From: Octopus vulgaris
Lineage: Eukaryota
Assembly: GCA_951406725.2 (NCBI GenBank)
Contig: OX597821.1
Coordinates: 3,348,001 to 3,412,000 of the forward strand
DNA: 64,000 nt
Reading direction: 5' to 3'
Positions 1-14,448 of this stretch are shown here, piece by piece (position 1 is the stretch's first letter; each line of letters begins with the position of its first letter). Below the pieces are notes generated by a model, which was given only the letters and a program-made list of their open reading frames with translations, was not told the DNA's origin and searched no databases. Position numbers and translations under genes: made by a program.

Positions 1-1117
1 ACATACGCATATACATATATGTATGTAATATGTATGTATACATAGAATTACATATTACCTCATATAAATGCATGTGTATTTTAGCATATGTTGTTTTTCA
101 TTTTTGTACATATTTCTAGTGAATGTGTATTTTATGTGAGCACACACAGACACACACACCACACATACGCGCACACAAATACACAAACACATACACACAG
201 AAACACACATACACACAGAACACGCACAAATACATACACATATAATAAATATAAATATTCACATACACAATCATAGATCTAGATGTGCTTTCACGAAGCA
301 AGTTCTTGTAAGAGTACAATTATTTTTTTCCTTTTTAATGTACTAAATGCCATTTGTCAGTAACACACACTCTCTACCTCTCTCTCTCTCTCTCTTTCCC
401 ACTGTCTGCGTGTATGTGTGTCTGTCTGCCTATCTCTCTCTCTTTCTCAATCAGAGTGTTTGTCTCTCTTTCTCACACACACACACACAATCTCCTCTTC
501 CTCTCTGATTCTCTTCTTTCTTTATCATTCACTATTTCTCACACGCTCTCTACCACTGTCTCCCACATTCTCTAGATTTGTTTGTTTGTGTGTGTCCACC
601 ACATAAAGAAACTAGTTGAAATTAAAACCTGATATATAGGAAAAGAAAATATATTTTCTACGGAATTACGTTGTAAAATATTTCATAAAAATATATTTCA
701 TATACTGTAAAGTAAGACAGCCAGTCGGCTAATCAATTACATTATTTTCTATCTTCCCAAAGGCCACTCAATTTGGATTTTATTGTATCCCAGCAATAGT
801 GTTCATTATGAAATTTGCCAAAGGATTTTCACTGAGTTAACGAAGTATATTTTTTAGGCAACAATATCACATAAAACAATGACTTGTATTTTAGTTCGAA
901 TTGTAATTTTATTTTTGGTTTTTGTTTTTTCATTTTACACCACCATATTGGTGTAAACACGAGATGTGAATTTAACTTCAAGAAATAAGAAATTTAACAT
1001 GTTGTACTATCGTACATATTTATTCAACTGAAAATATTCTGATCTACAATATTCCAAGTACATGTAAAAAGATTCGATATATCAATCATACTAATTGTTG
1101 GAGGGATATGCAACTGG

Positions 1118-3290
1118 AACAACAACAACAATTCCATACTTAGCCACAAGGGCTCACATAAAATAGTATTAAATTACATACAGCAACATACAAGACAAAA
1201 ACGGGACAGTACAATGGGTTTTATACCAAGTAAACAATATAAATAACAAAGTTAAACAAATTAAAACTCTCAACAAGGAAGGCGCTTTAACGTCCTCGTA
1301 GAAAACCCCACAAAAGCCACGCGTGACTTGACCATCAGAGCAAGAGCCCTTCTCTTTTAATTCCTTTTTTTTTACAGGTGCCCGCTCAGAATTGGTCCTT
1401 TCACACTGGCCATTATTCCAACATTCACCCACTTTTAAACAAAGTTGCTACAAGGCAACACTTCCCTCTCCACCCTCAACTACCGTTTCAAGTGAAACTT
1501 GAAAAAGTTGATGAAGGCTTCACCAAAGAGGAAAGTGTCTTCTTTAACCCTTTCAGGCGAGTCCACCACGCCACCTCTTTCGCTACAGCCACTAGACAAA
1601 TAAAAATTGCCTGCCCCAACCCGGCCATCTTCATAAAGGATTCAGCTGATAACTGCATCTGTCCTACAGGTGACAGCAGATGTTCGACATAAACTCACCA
1701 GCCTGCAAAACTCGGGGACTGGACTAGGGCGTGCAGAACAGCTTCTCTGTTCTTGGCGCACTTCAGGAAGGACCGGCTGACGGCACTTCCGTGCTTGTTT
1801 ATCCCGAACAGGCAGGTCGCCTCAGTAGCACTGATAGGCAAGGGATTTCTGGAAGTTATCCATATGCACAGGCCCGAAAGTTCTCCGAAGCAAACCAGTT
1901 AGTTGATCTTCATCGACGCCCAGATTTTCCCCGAGAACGCTAGAGTTGAACTACCACCGACCGCATTGCTCTCCTGGCGGAGGTCTGTGAGCGCTGGACG
2001 GTACTCTACTTGGCAAGCATACCTCGTCGGTTTACGCCTAATCCAGGATTGCAGCTATGTCACAGAGACGAGCCGTGGAAATGTATGTCTAACATACGGT
2101 GACCTGACCTGCTCACTGTCAAGGAAAAGCTGGAGATGCCGTAAACTGAGTCCATGTCTGCACATCAATAACCACAGCATGCCTAGCTCTCCATTCAGCG
2201 GCTGTTGGCAGTATATAAAGCGCCTGACCTATGGAATGCGCCCCTTCCATAGAAAGCGGAAGCGTATGCGCACCAGTTTGGTCAAGCAGCAAACGGGGCA
2301 AGGGACGACAGCCAAGCGGTAATAGATGGCGGACACGATGTACGTATTCGCCATCTCCGTTCGACGTTTCAGGGACAGCTACCCCTCAGCCCATTTCTGG
2401 GTGAGATTGGCTACTCTGCTCGTCATCTCTTCCCAGTTTTTCTCAACCTGGAGGTCTAGATCAAACCAGACTCCGAGCAACTTAAAGAGACCTTCTGTCC
2501 AGCGCCCCACAACGCTGTTGGACAGCATGGACTTGCCTCTCCTAGTGCCGAGTTGCAAGCTCAGTGACTTTTCCGTGTTAATTTTTGCTCCTGTCACCTC
2601 TTCATATTCTTGTAGTGTGTAGCCAATCAGGTCTATATGCCTGTGACTCGACACTATGACGGTGACAACATCAGCTTAAGCAGACACACTTCCTCCACAT
2701 CTTAAATCACGCGAGACACCCCTCAAAATCTCCAACTTCCGCAGTAATGGCTTAAGAGTCAATATATACAGAAGGGAGGAGAGAGGATAATACTCTTGAT
2801 GGACCGAACGCAAGATGCTGAGTGCCTCCGACAGATGTGGATTCACCCGAACAACTGAGCAGATACCATTGTACAAAACAGCGATCCACCCGCGGAAAAC
2901 TGGACCGAGACCGGCTGCCTTGAGAAAAGCCGCCAAGTATTGATAGCCGACCCTACAGCGGCTTTAGATTTCCACAAACGTAGCATCTCGACCTCCTGCC
3001 CACCACAGCTATTGTGAAGTGCCGTGCTGTCTGGTAAGTTTATGGAGTTAGGGCTAGAACTTAGGATCCCTTTTTTCAATTTGAACAAGGATCTCCAACC
3101 CCTGACCCGTCCAATTTTGTTGGGGCAATTTATGCACATCCTGTATTGTGGCAGTATCCTCTATATCAAATAGGATAGCCGCCACTAGCCAACATATATT
3201 TATTTCCTGGGAAGCGGTGATCAGGCTTTCAGTTCTCTTATGAAGCTCACCATTACTGAGTCACATCCATGAGGCTTCCTGGTTTTTGAA
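1118..3290 (-). mobile_element. Degenerate Tx1/L1-clade LINE: RT and C-terminal part of ORF2 joined by an internal deletion to an ORF1 zinc-knuckle fragment
   Basis: Minus-strand fragments GWIAVLYNGICSVVRVN...PLSSLLYILTLKPLLRKL (2676-2936) and YEEVTGAKINTEKS...KLLGVWF (2379-2654) are L1/Tx1-type RT motifs. About 2960-3030 reads TIAVVGRRSRCYVCG (gag-like knuckle). Many stops and frameshifts. Confidence 0.8.
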
Positions 3291-3299
3291 TATGTAATT

Positions 3300-3700
3300 C
3301 CGCGTGGAGCTGAGTTTCTAATCTCTCGTTCGTTATTCGTGATCGGAATTCGTTAGAAACTCTCAACTCTATTGCAGTTAAATCCTTCTGCTTTAGCAGC
3401 ATAGTGTAGCAGCTCCTGTTCGATGTTTACCAGTTTCGTTTTTCAGTCCCGTACGCTTAACGGGCCAGGTTTACCTTTGCCCCTCATCATGTACAACCTG
3501 TGTACAATCGTGATTGGGTGGAGCACACCATGCGTTTCCATAATCTTTCGAGTAGTGCGATCGAGTTGGTCAATTTCAGAGAGTGTAACAGAGCGAACTA
3601 AAGTGACAGCTGTATTCATGTGGATTCAGCTGGGGCGAAAATTACCGTTTTCAAAAATATGGCTCTTTTACAACGCATGACGTCGTATATAAATTAAACA
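3300..3700 (-). mobile_element. Degenerate R4/Dong-like (RLE-type) LINE RT-thumb fragment
   Basis: Minus-strand reading SEIDQLDRTTRKIMETHGVLHPITIVHRLYMMRGKG parallels LINIDRKTRKIMTSFRMYHTKSNMELLY in ORF 16563..16859. Confidence 0.65.
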
Positions 3701-4202
3701 AATTAGAAATCATAGTTTGGCAGGAGAAACCTTACTCTTAAGAACGCAAATAATGGCTGCGACAGGTGATGATGAATTGAAAATCGGGAGCCTTCCATTA
3801 GATATTTTATTTCATGGTTGCTATCATGAAGACACCGCTCTCATCCACTCAAAAGAGACTGACATCAACATAGTACATACTCTTTCTTCGAATTACCTGT
3901 GCCTCTTTCTCTTTTTGGAACGCTCTGATATTTTCTCATTGATTAACTTGATTTCCGAATATTTCAAAAAATTTAATTCGATATTTTCTAACATATATCA
4001 CGTGAGTCAGAAACATATTTCCAATTAAAACCCAATATTAAAATGTTGATGTCTATTACTATTCAAATATGGATATGCACTTGGCAAATCATTATTAAAA
4101 TTATTATTTTGTAATTAGTAAATATAATTAGTAAATAAATTAAAATTCATTTTTCCCTTTCAAAAATCAAATACAGAAATATCACAAATATCACATATAT
4201 GC

Positions 4203-4253
<51 letters not shown>

Positions 4254-4879
4254 AACAAACAAACATGCACATATGTTTATACATATCTATGGGGTTAGAA
4301 ACGAAATGAATTCCAATGAGTCTCCGCAATACTAGAAACAACGCATAATATAAATATAAAAATAATTAGTATAAATGAACTAATATATATATTGATATGG
4401 CAATAATCAAATTAACATAATTCTACTCACTAATAACACATAACTTATTAAACTTAATGATATTCTAACCTCATAAGAAATGCTGTGAGCCACCGTCCGA
4501 ACAGATCCTTCAATAAACCATTCAGTTTCAAACAATCAGGCACTAGTAAATGAAAGCATAATAAACATCCAAGGTAATTAAGAAGAATTTCGAGAAATTC
4601 AGAGTATTCGACAATATTTATGTGTGTTTGTGTGTGTTAGAGCGCGTATGAGTTTGTATGTATGTATAATTAAATACATACATATTCTTTTATGCTTTTA
4701 TGCATTTCACCCCCACAACTGTGTCCATACTGGAAAACACCAGTGTTGTCAACTTTCCATTGGCCTTTCTTATCTTATTGTCTTTTCGTAAAGGAATGAG
4801 TTCAGTGTTGCTTACATCATTCGAGTTTCTGGATATGATCTTGGTTCATCTTGCACCATGCACAGCAGAAAAATGTCTA

Positions 4880-5585
4880 GTAGCTTCTTGAGATTTTGCA
4901 CCCTTGCTCCACGTAGTTTCCTCCGATGTTTTAGCAAGACATTATCTGTGGGTACTCACTCCAGACGAGATAGATAGGAGATTTGGAACAGTACAGTGAC
5001 GTCCAGTAACTCGTTATGCCAAAGTTTGGTGCAAACGCATCTATGACCTTCCATGAGGATATCTCTCGCTTATCCCTCCCATTTTCCCTCTAGGAAATGT
5101 AGTCTTTCGCAGTTGCTCGGCCTTTTTCAATTGATGCAAACTTCAAGCTTTAGTACTGCTTAACTGCCACCAGTCCCAGTATTAACTTGACACTGTAGCA
5201 AACACACTTGAAACCAGAAGGCAAATATCCTTAGAACTAGCATAAATTTTTGGTCCAACGTTCTGAAACTTCTTAAGCCATCCGGCCATTCGCGTGCACA
5301 TTGCCACCATCTTGGTGATATCTACATTAAAATAGGAGTTGTGGCTAATATCAATCCCCAGATCACGTAGTGTACTTGACTCTGGGACTCTCGATATTTG
5401 GGACAGAAAACAACTTTGTTGTGGCATGTTTGTGCCCCGTGACTGATAGTGCTTGAAGTTTTCCTGCATGAAATTGCACGTCGTTTTCTTTAGCCCGTTT
5501 AGATATGATATCTAGGTCTTTCTTTTCTTGAGATTAGCATCAAAAGTACCTTCCTTCTTTTTAATACTTTCGTGTCGCCGGCATA
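4880..5585 (-). mobile_element. Highly decayed CR1/L2-group LINE 3' fragment
   Basis: ORF 5182..5469 contains LRDLGIDISHNSYFNVDITKMV, similar to the KDLGV...F..HI RT-thumb motif. Confidence 0.55.
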
Positions 5586-5587
5586 AA

Positions 5588-5910
5588 TAGGAGGGTGAGT
5601 CAAAAAGTAATGCCATTTTGTTTAGGACAGGTATAATTGCCAACACAAGAAAATGTATCATATATCAAAATGAAGCAGGTCCTCTATGGATCACATCCAT
5701 ACTTCTCAACATAGTCACCGTTTCTCTCAAAAGTATTGTTCCAACTTCGAATGAGAGCATGTATCCCTACCCCGTAAAATTCTGTTGACGGTTCTTTGAG
5801 CTTCTTCTTCACTACAGTTTTCAATTCTTTGTCACTGGACTATCAACTCTTCGTCCCCATGAAAGAGGATTTGAGAAGCAAACATTATTCCAGTGACGAA
5901 GAAGTGGCTC
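5588..5910. mobile_element. Rearranged mariner 3' remnant
   Basis: TIR-like gagggtgagtcaaaaagtaatg at about 5591. Minus strand reads ELKTVVKKKLKEPSTEFYGVGIHALIRSWNNTFERNGDYVEK; plus strand reads DYQLFVPMKEDLRSKHYSSDEEV. Both are mariner transposase C-terminal segments. Confidence 0.75.
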
Positions 5911-5953
5911 AATGTACGGTCAACAGAATTTGTGCGTGTGAGTATGTATATAA

Positions 5954-6015
<62 letters not shown>

Positions 6016-6018
<3 letters not shown>

Positions 6019-7820
6019 GTTAAATATGAAAAATCAACGAAAATGCATATTGCAAATAAAAAAGGCTATTTATGACCGGTAACGACAAATATATACATTT
6101 AGATTGACTGAGGTAGTAATAAGAGTCATAAAAGTCATTATTATGAGATGATTAAAAGATGATAATAAACTAAGAGAACGAAGCGAACCATGGTTTACGC
6201 AAAGCTATTCATCGCTTGAAAAAACACCGGCTAATACACGGTGTCAGGTCTAATAGTTCCTGAGAAAAAATATTATTTGTAAGGGAAGTAAGTAGTTCTG
6301 GATTTAGAGATGTGAGTGGTGTAGGAAGTGTATAGGGGTTAGTGGTTTCAATTGAAGAGTTAGTGGTATTCTGTACTGAGTTGTGTGTTCATATTTAGTT
6401 GGGGGAGAAATTTATCGATGAAAAATGTCTCTTTATTCAGCTTTTGTTGCATTGTGGTGTTCTGTGAATATTGGTAAAAGGGAAAGATTAGGAAATTGGG
6501 ATTAAGATTCCTGGCACACCTTTCTATGTGTTCACTTACCTTTAACGGTCTGTATTGTGGGTAGCGGATTTGCTCTTTGTGAGTGGTGATTCTTTGACAG
6601 AGCGAAATTCCTGTTTGTCCAATATAGATTTTACCACATTCTATGCATGTCATGACATAGATTACATTTACTGAGGCGCAGGTAAAATTTGATTTGATCT
6701 TAAATATTTCTCCTTGTTTGAATTGGAATTCTGAACCCTCCAGAAGGTGGAGGCATATTCCACAGTTAGAACGTCCACATTATTTCACTTTTGGATACAG
6801 TCTAGCGCTGGTCAATATCTTTTTCAGTGACTTCGGTTGCTTTTTGCTTTTTATAATTTTATATGAGCTTAAAATTTCGTTCATTGTTTTCTATGTGGTT
6901 GTTAACTATTCTAATTAAGATGTCTAGAAAAGGGAGTTGCTTTATGTTGTGTTCCATAATGAATTGTATATTGCTGTGTATGTTGTTGAGCATTATTTTG
7001 AAATCAAGGAGTTGATCCATGCTGCCTTACCAAAGAATGAAGCAATCATCTAAATATCTCTTCCAGTTCTCCTTTAAGTAGCAATTAAAAGAGGCGCCAT
7101 ATTTTTCTAGCGATGATTGGTATAACTTGAGTTCGAGGTAACCCATTACGAGGTTTGCAATCACTGGAGCAGCTCTGGTTCCCATTGCAATTCCGCATTT
7201 TTGTTGATAGTAAGTAGTATTGAACAAGAAATGATTGTTCAGCAGGATGAATTTCAGTGCTTCAATTATAAAATTGTGGTTAATTCGTCCTGAGATCGCT
7301 TCTGGGTATTTTTCTAGCCAAAATGTGATTGCTTCTATACCATAGTCGTGTGAATATTGGTGTATAGATTCACCACATCGAAAGATACCAGTAGTGCTCG
7401 GTCCTTTACTGTCTTCGGGAGGTGGTTCAGCATGTTTAGGTCATCCCTGATAAAGCTTTTCACATATTTTAAAAGAGGTTTTAGTAATATGTCTAGGAAG
7501 TTGCTCAAACGGTGGGTTTCACAAGAAGGGCCAGCTATGAAGGGTCTCAGTTTGATGTCAGTAGGGAGAGGGACATTAATGCATAGGCCTGTAGAGACTT
7601 TGCAGGTTTCACAAATGAGTGGATTTTTATGTATTTTGGGTAATCCGTAGAATAGACTAGGACTGTATCTGAAATTGGATAAATAGTCTATTTCATGTGG
7701 TCTTACCTGTCATAAATAGCCATTTTTTTTATTTGCAATGTGCATTTTCGTTGATTTTTCATGTTTTACCCTTACATTTCCACGTGTATTTTATATTTTC
7801 TTTTTGTAACATATTTCTAC
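6016..7820 (-). mobile_element. Penelope-like retroelement (RT + GIY-YIG endonuclease), 5'-truncated and internally deleted, between (TA)n tracts
   Basis: Minus strand shows FYGLPKIHK (about 7626-7652), VSFDVVNLYTNI, GIAMG and RYLDDCF (7027..7227), a Cys-rich linker CGRSNCGIC, and GIY-YIG-type CIECGKIYIGQTG...RITTH (6360..6653). 6017-6086 is the inverted copy of 7700-7771. Confidence 0.92.
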
Positions 7821-8379
7821 TATATATATATATATATATATATAATTTCAGCAAGCACAATTCGTGTTACAGCCACTTCAATTGTTTTCGAAGCCGTCAA
7901 TATTTGCGAAAGCGATGCTACGGACTGGTCACAGTCTAATGACTAATGCAAGAGAAATTTATGAAGTAAAGCAAAACAATAAAAGAATAGCAATCTATTC
8001 CTATATTATGTGTATTTGTGCGCATGCGTGTATGACTATTAAATATTAGTGTGATATCATATCTCCCGAGGCAGTATAACGATATATGAAATCGTACTTT
8101 TTATTAGTTCCATTCGTTCAAACAACCTTAGGCACAAGGCTTTGATGTATTTTTCAGAAATTAATTTAGCATTATTAGGTTTGCTTGTTCAATTAACATT
8201 GTCTTTCACACATCAAATGTTTACATTTGACAACATTGTCTGATATTATTAGTGGAAGTTAAATAGTGTAATTCGTTAGAAAGCTGAAATATCATATCAC
8301 ACGCAATCACATACATATATTCCTCCATCCCCCACATGATCAAAAGAACATACACACACCCACACTTACAAATATATAT

Positions 8380-8414
8380 GTAACGCTGTACACACACACG
8401 CGTATCAGTATATG

Positions 8415-8456
<42 letters not shown>

Positions 8457-8617
8457 CGTGTGTGTGTGTTTGTGTGAGTGTGCGTGTGTGTGTGTATGTT
8501 TGTATGTATGTGTATACACACATACACATATACATATATATGTGTGTATATATAATTATGTCTATTTATATTTATATGTAAACAAATTGATAAAAATGTA
8601 TATATTTTCAGTTATAT

Positions 8618-8674
<57 letters not shown>

Positions 8675-9300
8675 GGTGCATGTATATGTATATACAGATA
8701 TCTATATATATATATAATATATACATATGTTTATATATATATATATATATATACGTGTATATATATATATACATGCACACACACACACATGTACATATAT
8801 ATGGAGATGCACATTGTGCTTTTATTTCCACGAATCTCCATAGATAATAATCAATGCAAAACGCGAGTGTTATTTGGATAAAGATATTGAGAATATATCA
8901 TGGACAACGTTTATGTCTTGAATAATCGAATAATGAATAGTGTCGTATGTATGCATGATGATATCGATTTGTTTAATAATAACTTCTCTTAAGCAAAAGT
9001 AACAAATATTTAAAAAGGAAAACAAATAAATATTTACCTACGCTGACAAAGTTGTATAGCGTCTATGATATATATACAAGCTGGTAATAAATTGTCTGCA
9101 GCGAGAAGCTATTAAATAGAATCTCAATGGAGACATTATTGTAATTATAGAAATGACACCATTGGAAAAGGTGTGAAAATCCCTTTGATTTTGCCAACAT
9201 ATATCAATATAAATACGTATAAACACAGAAGCTCACACATAGAGATGCTTCACATACACTCTATCTTTGTCTCTGACTCTCGGTCGATATATATGCATAC

Positions 9301-9355
<55 letters not shown>

Positions 9356-9371
9356 CATTTATATATATACA

Positions 9372-9421
<50 letters not shown>

Positions 9422-9561
9422 GACATGTACATACATAAATATACATACAGACATACACACATATATATATGTATATTTAAATATGGATGCAGCTATGAGC
9501 ATGAATGTATGGATGTATGTATATGTATGTGTGCCTGTTTGTAGGTATGTATATATGTATG

Positions 9562-9624
<63 letters not shown>

Positions 9625-9750
9625 TTTATGATTAATTTCCTGCGTGCATATATATAGTTTTATGATTAATTTCTCCTGCAACTAGATATATGTATATACA
9701 TACATTCACATACACACACACACACAAACATACATACATACATGCATGCG

Positions 9751-9781
<31 letters not shown>

Positions 9782-9836
9782 ATATAAATACATATATATG
9801 CAAGTGTATATGTATATAATTATACAAGCATATACA

Positions 9837-9877
<41 letters not shown>

Positions 9878-9930
9878 TTGTATATATAGTTATACGCAGG
9901 CATACATACATTCTCAAACACACACCCACA
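8380..9930. repeat. Compound (TA)n/(CA)n/(TG)n microsatellite-rich block
   Basis: Directly visible; accounts for the YIYI/VCVC/HTHT ORFs. Confidence 0.95.
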
Positions 9931-10237
9931 TGTACATTTCTGCGTTGTGCCTTGTGTAAACGTTTGCGTGTTTACAATAACAACGAAATCACTTTGTCTG
10001 AAAACAACTTACTTTCTCGGTATTACTACATTTGTATACTTTAGATTAAAAGCTTTGACAGCAATATGATTCTCTTGTTGAGTGTTGTATAGATATCTAA
10101 ACATATATTTAAGATGCATTTTTATGTTTTCAATATATGAGATATAGACCATATAATTCACTATATGCTTTCGAGGGTGTGTATGTAGACACACCGTGAT
10201 ATTTGTTTCATTATCAAAGCGGAGTGGGGATGAAGAA

Positions 10238-10620
10238 GCACCGAGCTGGCGGAAATGTTTACACATCGGAAAGAATGTTTAGCAGTATTTCGTCAATCTG
10301 TACGTTGTGAGTTCAAATTCCGTTGAGGTCGACTTTCTTTCAGCGCTTTGGGTCGTTTTAGTAACAATTTTGACTGCGGTCGTTGTAAGCAACACTCCAA
10401 TCCCCAGAACATCCAGGTCTCTTGTCTATGGTACAAAGGAATGTCAATGCGCGTCGGTGTAGAGGCGATAAGCTGGTAGAACCGTTGACAAGCCGAACAA
10501 ATGATTAGCGGCATTTCATCATGCTCTACATTCAGAATTGAGACTACGCTAATTTCGAGCTAAGATTCCATTCTCTCCTGGTCGATAAAATATAATCCAT
10601 ACTGAGCAATCGAATATACC
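10238..10620 (+). mobile_element. Two decayed copies of tRNA-derived SINE family B
   Basis: gagctggcggaaatgttt...gagttcaaattccgttgaggtcgacttt and a second, more decayed head at about 10465; both match the copies at 47950 and 56012. Confidence 0.65.
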
Positions 10621-10919
10621 CTTCCCCACTAATTTCATATGCTTATATTAGAAGACATTACCAAATCGAGAGATGTTGTAATTTCTTCAAATGAATACAA
10701 CCAAAACAGCATGTGCTGGCTACTTTGAAATGTATCATATGTTATAATTTATAAAATTCTACTAGATTTAATTCACTTATACTTTTAAAAATTGATTATG
10801 TTATACGCGTGGTAACATTTTATATAACAAATCAAATCAAAGGTGCCCAAAATAATGTGTGCTTATTACCAAAGCGTTCTTTGATAAATTACAATTTTAT
10901 ATCCAAATTCGGTGATATA

Positions 10920-11418
<499 letters not shown>

Positions 11419-11454
11419 TATGTACATCCAGAAATGATTCCTAGTACCATACTC

Positions 11455-11630
11455 ATGGCAACAAGCTGGCAGCATCGTTAGCATGACGTGTAAACTACTT
11501 AGCGATATTCCATCAATCATTACGTTCTGAGTTCAAATTCCGCCGTGGTCCACTTTATCTTCTATCCATTACGGTACGATACAATAATATTCAGCTGATC
11601 ACTCTGGTCGATGTATTCGAGTTAATTACT
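11455..11630 (+). mobile_element. Decayed SINE family B
   Basis: agctggcagcatcgttagc...ttacgttctgagttcaaattccgccgtggtccacttt. Confidence 0.7.
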
Positions 11631-12160
11631 CCTAAGTACGAGTATAACAAGTGTCACCATTTGTCAAACTATGTCGTGCCAGTGTGCCGACGTAAGCTCA
11701 TTACACCAGTGTGATCATAAGCTCAAGTCCATGGTCTCCAAATCAGAACGTGGTTGGTAGAGAGAAAATGCTGGAGCCTTCTTCCTACAGTGGACCCAAC
11801 ATAGACGTCAAATCCACACACTCGCACACACACATACACACAAACAGGCACAAACACACACTCTCACACACACACACACATACACACACACGCACAAATG
11901 CAAACACGGTATCTTAAAGATAGTGGTATTTAGATTGATTTGAAATCATTGTATCAGATATTCCTATAGTGTATATGCCAATGTATACAGTTGACATGCA
12001 TGTGGGAAGAATGCTGATAAGACATGCAACATGAATGAGGCTCTAACATCATTAATAGAAAACGTGAAGTAGAGCTATAAGATGAAATGCAATTACGCTA
12101 AGTGAAGGTGCATTTACAAAGCAATGAAAGATTACGTAAATATTGCATATAAATTTCAAT

Positions 12161-12193
<33 letters not shown>

Positions 12194-14392
12194 CACTACG
12201 ATGTATTTTCAAAATTGTTAGTATTCCTTACTAAACACAAAATGATCATAAGTAGAGTAATCCTATTTTTGTTAATATGTCGTCAAAAATTGAGTCCATT
12301 TCTTTTGCATTACTGAGACACTTTATATGCAAGCTGAATAAAAGAAGTATGATCTTTGTTTGTATAGCATGCAGTTATTTAATTAAATATTGTTATATAC
12401 AAAATGAAAGCTATGCAGAGCGAACCGAGATGTACATAGATAATAGTAATATTATGTTAGTGTTACTCACGTTAAAGCAATGGCCATATACATACAAATA
12501 TGCCGCGCCGAATTTGTTTCGTCGTAACTTGCTTAAAGGTGGATATTTTAAAATGAAAGTTCGTACAGATATGCTTCAGATAATGTATATTCTCATTATA
12601 TCTGAATTGAGGGTAAAGACAATGTGAACAGACGGTCTCAAAAACTCGGAAAAGATATCGGAAAATTAGTTATTTTTGAAGGAAGATTTCGACAAATACT
12701 AACCGACTGTATAGATTACAATTATATCAGATTAAAATTATATGCAAATATAAATTGGCGGGTTACCAAATATACATGCTGACATTCATCACTTTTCCAA
12801 AAACATACTATCATATGAAATTCCAATATGATCCGAATATACAGCGTATCTACACCATCTGAAGTGTATTTGTGGAAAATTTCAACAAGAATATCCATGC
12901 GTCTAAAAGTCATTAGGAAAGAAATTCGGTGGGATACGTAAGTGTAGGCATGATTCATTTAACTCTGGCCGGTTACTGTATATCATTGCACAACCGTTAC
13001 AGGAAGTCCACTAAACATATCTCATTGTAAATACAGTATATGTATGTGTGTGTGCGCGCGTGTGAGTGTGTTTGTGTCTGTGTCTATTTGTTTGTGTGTG
13101 TTCGTGTGTGAATTCTAATCACCGAATAACATACGGAGCTTCTGACGTCTGTTTGATAATATTCTTCGCGGTATAAAGAGATATTTTGTATGTTTGTTTT
13201 TCTAGCCCCTATAAACTTTTTCTGATCTGAGTATTATTTTTCTCGATTTTATTATTTCGAAAATTTCTTTTAGGATTTAATTACACAGTAGTTTCATCAA
13301 TTCACAGTATAACTACTTTTATAGACAATTCCTCTGGAATTAAGTGACGGATATGCGAAGCTTTGGATCATTATTTGAATGTAAATGTGGAAATAATTTT
13401 TCAAACATAAGGTACAACTTATCCATATCTCTCTGACATTCACCTTAGAAACATGTGTCATTCTATTTGTAAATCAATTACAATATCATCCTCATTAATC
13501 ATACGTGTATTAAATATTTTAAAATCTTTATTTGCACAAGAAAGAAGAATTGTTGTGACATGATAAATATATAGAAAGTGTGAATCATATGCAGTTGCCA
13601 AGATTTTGCAGCACAATTGTGTGCGGGATCTAGCTTTATATATTCTTTAATGAAATATATTTCAATTTTCAATAAATAACAATAAAATGTCTTTACACTT
13701 TAACAATAATAAAACAGTGAACGAAAGAATTGCAATGGTTAAAAGTCATGAGTCGGAATGAAATGGTTCACCACGAATGTATATGAATAAATATTGTACA
13801 CAAGCAAAATAGGGAAAGTAACGTATATCAAATAACGAAAGCAGCCGTATAAGACGGTTTCTCTTTCTGAATAACTGAAATGCTGCAATTCCATTTCTTG
13901 GACGATGAAAACCTATTTATAAGAATATCGTATGCAAGCAAGGGTAATTTTTTAATGGAAAATGTTAAGAGAAATCGAAAGAATACTGACAATAAATTGC
14001 CTCTTACCTCCTCCTTTTCTCTTTTTATCTTTATTCCTTTAAGTTGTGTTTTTCTCTTATAATCCTGCGCATTCGCTATCATGTTATCTCCTTCACTCAT
14101 CGAGGCAATTGAGAAGGATACAGATATTAGGAAAAACATTATACTTCACACCTGTTATGCTTTTTAATTAGTAATAACAAATATAGTAAGCATATATTAT
14201 TTTTATATGAACGATATGAATACGACTAACGTAGGAAATCGTTTCGAGACCATACATTCCTTAATTGCCGGGGAAATATTTTTAGCTTGTGAGCTGAAAC
14301 TAGATTTAAAAAAAAAATTTTTTTTTTAAATATGTACTTATGATTTTGTATCAGTGTGTATCACAATAAGAAAACAAAATTGAAAATTGAAA

Positions 14393-14448
14393 GCCAGATC
14401 ACCCCCGGATTACATCTGATTTCGAACTGTTAGTTCTCATCAGTGAAC
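14393..14448 (-). ncRNA. Type I hammerhead ribozyme-like motif
   Basis: Minus strand: ttca CTGATGA gaac-taaca-gttc GAAA tca...tga TC tggc. Intact core, perfect 4-bp stem II, AUC cleavage triplet. Confidence 0.65.

Noticed and set aside
12277-12960. Non-repetitive ORFs 12277..12627 and 12722..12958
   Set aside because: No recognisable domain, and no open frame between plausible splice sites in the part I translated; consistent with random AT-rich ORFs.
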